Source: the human T2T-CHM13v2.0 reference genome, Homo sapiens. From it: a stretch of 64,000 nt of DNA. Shown here piece after piece: positions 52,727 to 64,000 of the stretch (within the stretch, counting starts at the first letter, position 1; each line of letters opens with the position of its first letter). The translations under genes were made by a program, and so were the position numbers. The notes under the pieces are model-generated. The model saw only the letters and a program-made list of their open reading frames with translations, was not told the DNA's origin and did not search any database. The stretch is from contig CP086569.2 of NCBI GenBank assembly GCA_009914755.4, positions 16,064,001 through 16,128,000 on the forward strand. Reading direction: 5' to 3'.

Positions 52727-55403
52727 GAAAGAAAGAGAGAGAATGAGAGAGGGAGGAAGAAAGGAAGGAGAGAGGAAAGGACAGAGGGAGGGAGGGATGG
52801 AGGGAGGAAGGAAGGAGGGAAGGAAATGAAGGGAAGGAGGGAACAAGGAAGGGAGGGAAGGAGAACGGGAAGAAGGGAAGGGAGAAAAGGGAGGGAGGAC
52901 AGGAACAAGGAGGACAGGAAGGGAGAAAGGGAAGAAAGGAGGAAGAGATGAAGGGAAGAAGAAAGAAAAGGAGGAAATGAGGGAGGGAGGAAGAAAGGCA
53001 GAGAGTGAGGAAGGGAAGAAAAAGGAAGAAAAGAAGGGAGGAAGGGAGGAAGGAAGAAAGGGAGGAGGGGAGAGAGGAAGGGAGAGAGGGAGGTAGGGAA
53101 ATGGAAAGAAGGTGCAAAAGAGGGAGGGAGGGAGGGAAATGAAAAGATGCAAGAGAGGGAGAGAGGCAAGGAAATGAAAACAAGGTGCAAGAGACATAGG
53201 GAAGAAGCGAGGGAAGGAAATGAAAAGAAGGTACAAGAGAGAGGGAGGGAAGGAAGGAGAATAAATAGTGTGCAAGGGAGAGAGGAAGGAAGGAAAGAAG
53301 GAATGAAGGAAGGAAAGAAGGAAAGAAGGAAGAAAGCAAATCAGGCAGGGAGGGAGGCAGGGAGGAAGGGGAAAGAAGTTGGAAGAGAGAGAGGGGGAGG
53401 GAGGGAAATGAAAACAAGGTGTAAGAGAGAGGGAGGGAGGGAAATGAAAAGAAGGTGCAAGAGAGAGAGGGAGGGAAATGGAAAGCAGGTGCAAGAGAGA
53501 GAGAGAGAGAAAGGGAGGGAGAAGAAATATTGTGCAAGGGAGAGAGAAATGAAGGAAGGGAGGAAGGAAAGAAGGAAGGAAGGAGGGAGGGAAGGAAACA
53601 AGGAAGGGAGGGAGGGAAAAAGAAGGTTCAAGAAAGAGAAAGGGAAGGAAGGAGAAGAAAAAATGTGCAAGGGAGAGAAGAAGGAAGGAAGAGGGAAAGA
53701 AGGAAGGGAGAGAGGGAGGGACGGGGGAGGGAGGGGAGAAGATGGTGTGAGAGAGAGAGAGGGAGAGAGGAAAATGAAAAGAAGATGCAAGACAGAGAGA
53801 GAAGGAGGGAAGGAAATGAAAAGAAGGTGCAAGAGAGAGAGGGAGAGAGGGAGGAAAGGAGAGAGGGAGGGAAATGAAAATAACGTCCAAGAGAGACAAG
53901 GAGCAAGAGAAGGAGAAGAAATAATGTGCAAGGAGCGAAGGAAGGAAGGAAGGAAGGAAGGAAGGAAGGAAGGAAGGAAGGAAGGAAGGAAGGAAAGAGG
54001 GAGGGATGGAGGGAGGGGAAAAGAAGGTGCTAGAGAGAGAGAGAGGGAGGGAGGGAAATGAAGAGAAGGTGCGAGAGAGAGGGAAGGAGGGAAATGAAAA
54101 GAAAGTGCAAGAGAGAGAGAGGGAGGGAGGGAAATTAAAAGAAGGTGAGAGAGAGGGAGGGAGGAAAATGAAAAGAAGGTGCAAGAGGGAGAGGGAGGGA
54201 GGGAAATGAAAATAAGGTGTGAGAGAGAGGGAGGGAGAGAAGGAGAAGAAATAATATGCAAGGGAGAGGGGAAGGAAGGAAGGAGGGAAGGAAGGAAGGA
54301 AAGAAGGAAGGAAGGAAAGAAGGAAGGAAGAAGGAAGGAAGGGAAGAGGGAGGGAGGGAGGGAAGGAAGGAAGAAGGAAAGAAGGAAGGGAGGAGGGAGG
54401 GAGGGAGGGAAGGAAGGAAGGAATGGAGGGAGGGAGGGAGGAAAGAAGAAGGAAGGTAGGAAGGAAAGGAAGGAAGGAAGGGAAGGAGGGAGGGATGGAG
54501 GGAGGGGAAAAGAAGGTGTGTGTGTGAGAGAGAGAGAGAAAGAGGGAGGGAAATGAAAAGAAGGTGAGAGAGAGAGGGAGGGAGGAAAATGAAAAAAAGA
54601 TGCAAGAGACAGAGGGACGGAGGGAGAGAAAACAAAAGAAAGTGTAAGAGAGAAAGGGATAGAGAGAAGGAGAAGAAATAATGTGCAAGGGAGAGAGGAA
54701 GGCAGGAAAGAAGGAAGGAAGGATGGAAAGAAGGGAGGGAGGGAGGAAGGAAAGAAGGAAGGAAGGAAGGAAGGTAGGAAGGAAGGAAGGAAGGGAAGGA
54801 GGAAGGGATGGAGGGAGGGGAGAAGAAGGTGTGTGAGAGAGAGAGGGAGGGAGGAAAATGAAAAAAAGTTGCAAGAGAGAGAGGGAGGGAGGGAAAAGAA
54901 AAGAAAGTGTAAGAGAGAAAGGGAGAGAGAGAAGGAGAAGAAATAATGTGCAAGGGAGAGAGGAAGGAAGGAAGCAAGGAAGGGAGGGAGGGAGGGGGAA
55001 AGAGAGTTCAAAAGAGAGAGAGGGAGAGAGGGAAATGAAAAGAAGGTGAAAGAAAGAGAGGGAGGGAGGGAGGGATGAAAATGAAAATGAAAATAATGTG
55101 CAAGAGAGAGAGGAAGGAATGGAGGAAGGAAGGAAGGGAGGAAGGAAGGAAGATGGAAGGAAGGAAGGAAGAGACAGAGGGAAAAACAAAGGTGCAAGAG
55201 AGAGATGGAGGGAGGGAGAAGGAATAATATGCAAGGGAGAGAGGAAAGAAGAAAGAAAGGAAGGAAGGAAGGAAGGAGGGAAGAGAGGAAGGGAGGGAGG
55301 GAGGGAAAAAATGAACAGAAGGTGCAAGGGAGATGAAAGAAGGAAGGAAGGGAAAAGAAAGGGAGGAATGAAGAAAAAGAAAAGGAGAGGAGAGGAATAA
55401 GTG
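52727..55403 (+). repeat. A 2.68-kb homopurine (GA-rich) macro-array. It combines (GGAA)n, GGGAGGGA runs, a recurring ~38-bp core GGGAAATGAAAAGAAGGTGCAAGAGAGAG and a recurring marker GAAGAAATAATGTGCAAGGGAGAGAGGAAGG, giving a higher-order period of about 270-430 bp.
   Basis: The + strand is almost pure A/G. The core recurs at about 53098, 53137, 53170, 53218, 53405, 53441, 53476, 53767, 53812, 53870, 54055, 54092, 54132, 54166, 54203, 54552, 54587, 54630, 54855, 54895, 55033 and 55310. The marker recurs at about 53520, 53918, 54246, 54672, 54938 and 55221. Confidence 0.95.
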
Positions 55404-56446
55404 AAAGAGTAACTTGGAAATAATATGTTTGAGTCTATAACTGAATAAATGAATTAATAAAGTTTTATGTTTTTTCATAGCTCTGATACATTTCTTCCAC
55501 TTCATTTTCATATATTTTTGTAAAACCATTTTTATAAAATCTGAGTACAATTTTTCTTTTCTGCACTGTAGGTTGATTTTAAACATTCAATGTGGTCCAC
55601 AGCCAAGAAATATAGCTAATGTCAGCTGTCCATGTGAGCCATAAATAAATATTTCAAAGGAACAATGGTACATTCAGGAATGTATATCAAATTGCGTGCC
55701 CAAAAGTGGCATGTGGAGCCAACACCACGTAAAAGACTGCAGGGTGATGAGGAGCATCGATTGAGCCATTGCACTTTTGCTGACTCCAGCCTTTGCATGG
55801 AGCTCCTCCGCTTACATATGGAGCCTTGACTTCTACAGGAAAAGAGACAGGAATGCTGCGTATAGTGGGGGTGGACACCATGTGACAGGATTAAGTAGGG
55901 TTTTTAAGGATGGCATGGGGAAAAGGTGCAAGACTTGAGGCAGAGGAGGGAGCCAGCCAGGCTGCTTGGAAGAGGCGTGCTTCTGTCCCGGTGAAGACCA
56001 GACTAGAGCAGCCAGTCCGGGGGGCTCCGACTCCCTCCAGGAATGGGGAGGAGGATCTAGGGACATCAGCAGGAAGAAATAAAGTCACAGAGGTGAAGTA
56101 GAGGTGGAGGAGGCCTGATGGGACAGCACCTCAGAACTTCCTGGGGAGTCTGGCCTTGACTCTAGAGTAATGGTAGCCACTGCAGTGATTTGAGCTGAGG
56201 GGCTAAGATCACCAGATGACCTAGAGTCCGTGGTCAAAGGCTCCCTTCAGCTGTGTGCTGAGGATATTTGGTTTGGGGAGGCAACTGCAGGAATCCAGAG
56301 AGAGATGGTCCATTGCAACACAGACCAGAAGTGTAAATGAGAAGTTGGGCTGCAGATCTAATTTGAACACAGTGAGATTTAGAAAGTTGAGAAATTGGAC
56401 CAAATTTGTGATGGGAATTGGGTTCCACAGTTTAAATTCAGATCTT

Positions 56447-56690
56447 GGAGTCTCACTATGTTGCCTAGGCTGCAGTGCAGTGACAGGATGTCACTGTAGC
56501 CTCCTCCTCCTGGATTCAAGTGAATCTCTTGCCTCAGCCTCCAGTGTAACTGGGATTACAGGTGCCTGCCCCCATGCCCAGCTAATATTTGAATTTTTAC
56601 TAGAGACAGGGTTTCATCGTATTGATCAATCTGGTCTCCAACTCCTGATCTCAAATTGTCTGCCCACCTCAGCCTCCCAAAGTGCTGGCA
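56447..56690 (-). mobile_element. Alu truncated at both ends.
   Basis: Reads gagtctcactatgttgcctaggctgcagtgcagtgacaggatgtcactgtagcctcctcctcctggattcaagtgaatctcttgcctcagcctccagtgtaactgggattacaggtgcctgcccccatgcccagctaatatttgaatttttactagagacagggtttcatcgtattgatcaatctggtctccaactcctgatctcaaattgtctgcccacctcagcctcccaaagtgctgg. Confidence 0.88.
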
Positions 56691-57926
56691 AGAAATATTA
56701 TAAGAAAATTAGAGGGAGAGAAGCTAGTGCTTGGGATAGGGAGTTGCAATTTTAGATAAAGTAGTGATGGAAGACTGCTCAGAGAAGGCGATGTTTGAGC
56801 AAAGACCTCAAGGAGGGAGGAGAGAGGATTGTTTGTTTCTAGAACGTGCTAATAGCAGGGGACAGCTAGAGTGACCAGCCAGTGTTAGGACACTGAGGGA
56901 GGGGCATGCCTGGATTGCCCTAGGAGTCCAGAGTGGCCATGGATGAGTGAGGGATGGAGAGTAGCAGGAGGTGGGGCCACAGAGGTAATGGCAGGGACAA
57001 ATCTTTGCATGTTACTGCAAGGTTCTCAGATTTTAGGATGCAGGAGAGAAGTATCATAGGATATTGAGAAGTATCCCTGGTGTTTGTCCAATAAATGTCA
57101 GCAGCACCACCCACCCTGTTTCCTGCTTCCAGGTTGGGACATTGACACAACGTTGTCTCCTATTTTTAAAGGGTTACTCCATTAGCGGGATTTGAATAAC
57201 CTTGAGGGCTTTGCACTGTCGATGCAAGCACTGAAGCAAAAAACACAAATATCATTACTATTCTCCTGAAAGACCCAATGGTAGGATTTTCTATAAGGTC
57301 ATGATGAGATTAATGAGAAGAGGTCATATTCTGGATATGTTTTTAAATTTCAACAGACAGGACTTAATGAACTGGATATGAAAAAAGGAGTAAATGAAGA
57401 TGCCTTCATGGCAACCTAGAAAATCTTGGACAATGCTAGCAGATGCAGGTGCAGGCAGTGCTTGATGCATGTCTTGGCTTCTGGTATCCCAAGAGGTGTG
57501 GTTGGTCCCCCAGTCCACATCATCTACTTTAGTCCATGTACAAGAATTCTTAGACACTCAGAAACACACACAGTTTCTAGAACTAAGGACAATTCTACGG
57601 TTTACAAAACCATCATGGATGATGGGCAACAATGTAATGGAATCTGTTGGTGCCATGCATGTCGATTTCCAAGAAGTGTTATGAAGCTTTATTGGAACTC
57701 TGGTCATTGTTGTCTTCTTTTCTAGATGAGTAGCTCCCAACTCTGTCTGTACCCCAAAACCACCTGGGGAGGTTTAAAGAATCCTGTACCCCAGCTGTAT
57801 CCCACACCAATGACTTCTAAGTCTCCAAGCATGGAATCCAGGCATATATATTTTTGGAAGTTACCCTTAGATTTTTTCCTAAATGTTTTGAGCAACTGTC
57901 CATTTTCTCTTCATCTTTATCCCCTA

Positions 57927-58165
57927 AACTAGTGATACTCTACAGGGATTATTCTTTCCCTAGGGATATTTGGCCATGTCTGGAGACATTTTGGGTTGCA
58001 ATAACCCAGTTAGCATCTGTTGGGTAGAGACCAGGGATGTTACTCAGTACCCAACAATGCACAGCACAGCCCCTACCACAGAGAATGACTTCACCCTCAA
58101 ATGTCAAAGTTGAGAAAACCTACCCCAAACCCTCAAATGTCAAAGTTGAGAATGAGAAAACCTGC
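57927..58165 (+). mobile_element. Old non-autonomous DNA-transposon-like repeat (hAT/MER class; family name uncertain). Copy 1 has an internal ~31-bp tandem duplication.
   Basis: Reads ..agggatatttggccatgtctggagacattttgggttgcaataacccag..catctgttgggtagagaccagggatgttactcagtacccaacaatgcacagcacagcccctaccacagagaatgacttcaccctcaaatgtcaaagttgagaaaacct, then a second ccctcaaatgtcaaagttgagaatgagaaaacctgcctc. Confidence 0.55.
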
Positions 58166-58764
58166 CTCAAACCCAAGGAATTTGATTATTACATTGATGG
58201 GTTCATTAATCATTGCCAGACATTTTTAAATGTCTTTCCTCTTTTTTTGGTACTTTTGAGTTTAATTGACAAATTGAAGTCCACATGGGAAGAAAACAAG
58301 GAAATAGAGGAAGAGAGAGATAGAGTACAAACACCTGTGTTAAGTCACCATTTCCTGCAGCCTTGAGTGCCGTTAGTAGCTAGTGAGGGGGACAATTAGC
58401 AGTTTTTGAAAGTGATGAGAACAACTATTTGCATGTGCTTTTCCTTCCTGAATTGTGTTTGTGAAAGCCAAGTTAATCATCTGATAGAGTCACATTCACA
58501 TGCCAGGTGTTGAGGTTGAACACCAATGTCTGTTTCCTCAAGGTTTTGAAAATGGTGCACAGAAGGGCCTGCTTTTTGCTGAAATCATGCACATGGATAG
58601 TGGGAACACTTGCATTCTTAACAATCACCTGGTATGACTTAGGAAGTGGCAGCAACCTGGGAGCAATCTAGGATGATGTCCTGATAGGGGTTTGCTTTCC
58701 TGAGTAGCCACTGCCCAAGTTTGCTTCTCTGTTTGTGGGAACTTATTTTTCAGGCTGACTTAAA

Positions 58765-58990
58765 TAGTTACCAATTTGGAGTAATATTGCTCCTCTTCAG
58801 GGATATTTAGCCATGTCTGGGTCATTTTTCATTGTCAAAACTGGAAGTGGCAGAGTGGGAGTGGTGCTGCTGGCATTTGTTGGGAACAAGTGAGGGATGC
58901 CACTTAAGATACCACAAAGCAGAGGATTGCCCTCCACAATAATGTTCCAGCCCCCGATGACAATATTGTCAAGGCTGAGAGGACCCAGAT
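58765..58990 (+). mobile_element. Second, more diverged copy of the same DNA-transposon-like repeat.
   Basis: Reads ..agggatatttagccatgtctgggtcatttttcattgtcaaaactggaagtggcagagtgggagtggtgctgctggcatttgttgggaacaagtgagggatgccacttaagataccacaaagcagaggattgccctccacaataatgttccagcccccgatgacaatattgtcaaggctgagaggaccc. Confidence 0.55.
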
Positions 58991-60516
58991 AGTGAAAAGT
59001 AGGATAAAGAAAAAATGAATAAACATGAATAATCACTACCATGTGATTTAGATAGAGGCATCAATATTCCTTCTCTTCCTCTCCAATATTTCCTCCTTCT
59101 TCTGTTGATTTTCAAGGGAGTTTTATTGTGAAAGTTTGATCCTGTCTTCAAGTTCCAAGAGGGATGGAACCTGAGCTAAAATTTAATGCCTGGCCATTCT
59201 TGGAGTAATATTTTAGTTTCTAGAACTTGGGAATACCAGTGCCCAGCTGATGCTGTTCTCATTTATGTATTAGCCTACTAAGATTTTGTGAACGGTTACA
59301 GTAAAAACAATGGTCAACTTTTATTCATCCCAGAAAGTCTCTGTCATGTTTGATCATAGACACCTTTAGCAGAGTAATTTCTACTATTCCTTATTCTATT
59401 AGGGTGATCAACTCATCCTGGTTTGCCCAATACTATCATAATTTCAGGAGTGAAAGTCCTATACTCTGGCAATTTTCTGTATTGCAGGGTGGCTAGTCAC
59501 CCTACATTCCATGGAATTGATTTTCCAAGTAAAAATTTTTGTGAAATGCAGCACTAGTGTTTAATATTTTATTTATTATTTTGTATTTTATTTGGTATTT
59601 GGTATTTTTCCAAAGGATAACTTGGTAATTAGCATTCTCCCATTGGGAAAATAATTGATTAAAAATCTCATCATAGAATAGACATTTCTTTGTACACATG
59701 GTTGGACCTTCAACTAGGGAGAGAAAAGATTATATTTTTAACAATTAAGGATACCTATTTTAGAGAGTTGTTTCTAAATTATTCCAGCCTTTTCATTTCA
59801 ATATTAAATGTATTTTTATCAGCTTTTGTAAAGGTTATGGACCACTGGAGATGTCCCTAAGAGTCAGATTTTTGATAATTTAAATAATCTCTTTTGCCTA
59901 CCTGTTAGTATTGTAATCATTTTTTTCCTTTTCCAACATGAGGTCATAAGTTAAATTTAAATAATAGCCCTATTAATAACTGGAACCCACTGGTGAGATC
60001 TCTGAGAAGGCCTATAGCCCACATGTTGACCCCAAGTGAGTGCATTCATTGAAATGTCATGACGGTAATACCAAGAGGGCTGATCACAATCCACCCTCTG
60101 TGCCCCTCATCCCACACTTTCACATCTTATCAATGAGTTCTAACACAATAAACTTACATGCACTTGATAGAAGAATTGCCATTTTAATTTAAAAACTCAG
60201 CAGAAACTGAAGTTGTTTGTATCTCCAAATCTCAGTTTTCCTCTGTAGCTCAAAGCCAGTGGAAAGCTGACAAAATCCAACACAATATATGAGAATTATC
60301 CATGTGACATCAAATATGTTATGTTACATTCCCAAAGTGGATTCACACATGCACATATATGGCAATAGTAAATGAATGTGTGTAGAGGAAGTCAATAGGA
60401 ATTCAATATATATGTTTGTATTTGAATTTAATCAAAATCAATATGTCTATGTACACAAATACACACATTTATACAGATAGACATACATAGACACACATGA
60501 ATGTAGATAGATTTTA

Positions 60517-60665
60517 TACACACACACACACACACACACAGAGGGATACATAGAGATAGATGATAGATGATTAGCTAGATAGGTAAAGATAGATATAGAC
60601 ATATGTAGAGATACGTAGGTATAGTTAAGTACGTAGGTAGGTAGATAAGTTGATTGATTGATTTC
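60517..60665 (+). repeat. (AC)n of about 12 units, followed by a degenerate (GATA)n/(GTAG)n array and (GATT)n.
   Basis: Reads acacacacacacacacacacacagagggatacatagagatagatgatagatgattagctagataggtaaagatagatatagac...gtaggtaggtagataagttgattgattgatt. Confidence 0.93.
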
Positions 60666-60782
60666 ATGATGCATCCTGGAAAGTTATATGCAAGTAAGTT
60701 CCTAATATCAACTCATTTTTATGCCATTTTTTTCCTCAAAGTAGAATGCTGCATGCTTACAGAAATATTTCTTTTTATTTGT

Positions 60783-61102
60783 TTTAATTAATTAACTAAT
60801 TAATTAATTTATTTATTTCCAAGACCAAGTCTCACTCTGTCACCCAGGCTGGAGTGAAGTGGTGCAATCTCCAGTCACTACAACCTCTGCATCCCAGGTT
60901 CAAGCTATTCTCATGCCTCAGTGCTCCCAATACATGGGATTTCAGGCATGTGCCACCATGCCTGGATAATTTTTGAATTTTTAGTAGAGACAGGGTTTTA
61001 CCATGTTGGCCAGGCTGCTCTAGAACTCCTGACCTCAGGTGATCCACCCACCTCAGCCTCCCAAAGTGCTGGGATTACAAGTGTGAGCCACTGTGCCCAG
61101 CC
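60783..61102 (-). mobile_element. Alu with a (TTAA)n/(TTTA)n tail complement.
   Basis: Reads ttttaattaattaactaattaattaatttatttatttccaagaccaagtctcactctgtcacccaggctggagtgaagtggtgcaatc...gggattacaagtgtgagccactgtgcccagcc. Confidence 0.9.
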
Positions 61103-61443
61103 TTCTCTCTTTTTTTAATGTGTATGTTTGGAGGATTCTGGATAAATAACAGGGAAGTGATATAAATGTATGTACGGAATTAACTCGCAAAACCCCTTTC
61201 TTGAATCAGACATTAAGTGGGTTAATTTAGGCCAGGATAGGCAAGCACAGCCCACAGGCCAAATCTGGCCCACTGCCTGCTTTTATAAATAAAGATTTAT
61301 TGGAATGCAGTCACATGCATTTATTCAGATATTGCTTGTGGCTGCTTTTGTTATACAATGGCAGAATTGCCTATTTATGGCAGAGACTGTGTGGTTCACA
61401 AAGCCAAAATATTTACTATCTGGCCCTTTGTAAAAAGTCTTTG

Positions 61444-61754
61444 GGCTGGGTAAGGCGGCTTATGCTTGTAACCCCAGCACTTCGGGAAGCTGAAAACAGA
61501 TGCTCACTTGAGGCTAGGAGTACTGGACAGCCTGGCAAACATATTTTGGAAAGACCATCTCTCTACCAAAATAGAAAAATGAGCCAAGCAGATGTGGTGG
61601 AGCATGCTCATGTAGTCCCATCTACTCGGGAGGCTGAGGTGGGAGGATTGCTTAAGACCAGGAGTTCGAGGCTGCAGTGAGCCACCACTGCACTCCAGCC
61701 TGAGTGACAGAGCCAGACAATGTCTCAAAATAAACAAATAAATTAAAAAAAAAT
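61444..61754 (+). mobile_element. Alu (diverged) with an A-rich tail.
   Basis: Reads ggctgggtaaggcggcttatgcttgtaaccccagcacttcgggaagctgaaaacagatgctcacttgaggctaggagt...gccaccactgcactccagcctgagtgacagagccagacaatgtctcaaaataaacaaataaattaaaaaaaaa. Confidence 0.9.
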
Positions 61755-63138
61755 TGCCTATCCTTAACTCAGATTAAAGGGAACCAAGTTCAGTTATTTT
61801 TAAGAATGCGTGGTTTGGGAAAACTAAAATACATAGATTCCACTCAGTTTACAAAGTCACACATATTCAAATATAGTGTTTTCAAAAATTAGGAAAATAA
61901 AAAGCCCTCTTAAATCCTGGACTTTTTTGGTTTGAAAAATGGGAACCACCCATGTTGATCTTGCCTGATACCCCTTCAAGATGCTTTCAGTCAGGGAAAC
62001 TGGATGAAGAACACATGAGGGCTTCCTGCACATTATGCTGCAACTTCTTATAAATCTCTGCTTTAAAACAGAAAAAGGTTTTTTTGTTGTTGTTCGTTTC
62101 TTTGTTTTTAAAGATGAGCTCAAGTCTGCTTTGCTCCTTCTTATTGCAGTGACTGTCTCTATCATTATTGCATGGTTCCTATAAGACATGGTTGTCTGAG
62201 GGCACCCACTAGCCAGTCAACAAATTTCATCACAAATAAAATTCCAAATTTTCTTTTGGATACAACACAAGCCGCTGTGGCTTCCATTGCTACAGGCTAA
62301 CATTGACTTAGTGTTTCCCATTTACCAAGATTGTACCAGCTAATGTAAAGGGTTTGTGGTGGTGGATTCTTCCACATTTTACCCTCCAAAGATCTCAATG
62401 AGGACTTGCACAATTACTAATACATACAGCCTGGTTTTATCTTCACTTCCAGGTTTTCCCTTGCTTTTGTGTTTCACATCTCATTTCCTTTGTGTCCACA
62501 TGTTGGATTTATGTCTGAAGCCATATTCAATGGACATGGGGACATGAGAGCATGCAAGTTAATCAACAGGTCAGCATCAGTATGAGCAATGGTTTGCAGT
62601 TGTAACAGGAAGCCCAGGAGTCCAGATTTCCAAGTCTATGGATATTAGCTCCACCACACATTTGCCATGTGACTTAAATCATCCAAACACAAACCACATT
62701 TCTCTAGGGGTGCTATCACTGGGAGCCAGCAAAGCTCGAAAATCCCAATTTGATATTTTCCATAAAGGGAAGTCATGATAAGGGGAAGTAAAATGATCTG
62801 GACCCTTGAATTCATAATTCCCATCTTATTTTGTGGGGTAATTTACAATAACCACATCTGTGTAGTAACGGGAAGGACCACAGTCTCAGGTTTCTGGTCA
62901 CACCTCCAGCAATTGAATGGCTTGAGGGAAATGAAATCTAGACTTGGTGTCAGATATTTGTCTACCATGCCTTTTGGCAGAATTAATAACCCACAAGCTT
63001 TGGAGGATGACAATTTTTTCAATTATACAAACTGCTGTGCCCCTTAAAATATTCCTAAAAATTGTTTTCTACTTCATATCATTTCTGAAAAAGGAAATTG
63101 GCAAGATAGAGCAAGAATGCTAAAAAATGTTGGATGAG

Positions 63139-63452
<314 letters not shown>

Positions 63453-64000
63453 TTACAGGTAATTCTGTTTCCGAGTTTTTATGCCTAGGGATAGAATCTC
63501 CAATGTGCAAAATTATTTGTGCACAAAAATCTACATAATTGAACAATATATAACAGCATAAAACTGGACCCAACAGATTCAAAGGTAGAAGTGTTTTGGT
63601 TACAGCAGAATGTATGATGAAACCTTGTGCAACTGTTTAAAATGATGATAAAAAGTGTATATATTACCCTGGTAAAACAAAAACATTTCTTATAATTCTG
63701 ATAAACATTGAGTCTGTATCTTAGATCAGGCACTGTAATGGATTATCTCATTTAAATATTTATTATAGCCCTAATATCCTATTACAGCCGTTGTATTACA
63801 CCCAAGAAAACTTAGGCAGAGAAGGGATAAGAATCCTATGTGAGGTCTCACAAGTATTTCCTGGGAGACGGAAGTCATAACTGACCCTAACAACTATATG
63901 ATGACCCTCCAGTTAAGAGTACTTCTTCAGGCAATATGCACAATGCAAGAGTATCTTTTCAGGACATAAGCACGATGCAAAATTATTCATACTATTATCA

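Noticed and set aside
52691-55327. An 878-aa ORF on the minus strand, the longest in the track, plus overlapping ORFs of 618, 304, 280 and 277 aa on both strands.
   Set aside because: The translations are pure low-complexity runs: S/L/P/F on the CT-rich strand and E/R/K/G on the GA-rich strand. A 98% homopurine or homopyrimidine strand almost never spells TAA, TAG or TGA, so open frames of any length appear by composition alone. There is no start context and no domain, and the DNA is a tandem repeat.

Overview
This window is primate (human-type) nuclear genomic DNA, not a prokaryotic locus. It is AT-rich and dominated by interspersed repeats and microsatellites.

What I can support from the sequence:
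- About 20 Alu elements, several of AluY type with intact CpGs, plus several free monomers (FLAM/FRAM).
- The 5' 1.6 kb of a full-length-type L1PA element: complete 5'UTR and an ORF1 that carries a nonsense codon.
- Several older L1 fragments. Three of them show a 5' inversion of the kind produced by twin priming.
- At least four THE1/MST-type MaLR LTRs.
- Two copies of a ~650-bp probable solo LTR whose family I cannot resolve.
- Two copies of a hAT-like repeat.
- At least ten degenerate (GATA)n-family arrays, all with GATA on the + strand.
- Long A-tail-derived (GAAA)n and (GGGAA)n arrays, and (AC)n runs.
- A 2.7-kb homopurine array (52.7-55.4 kb) with clear higher-order periodicity.

What I cannot support:
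- I find no tRNA or rRNA, no CpG island, and no exon I can defend.
- Every long ORF in the six-frame track falls inside low-complexity sequence or a transposable element. The 878-aa ORF is a poly-S/L/P/F reading through the CT-rich strand of the purine array.
- I do not see a novel gene system.

The observations worth a second look are structural: the organised GA macro-array, the strand-coherent GATA arrays, nested and hotspot retrotransposon insertions with target-site duplications (TSDs) that are still readable, the twin-primed L1s, local duplications, and one GC-richer unique island.

All coordinates are by eye and approximate to ±5-10 bp. Family assignments below subfamily level are inference.
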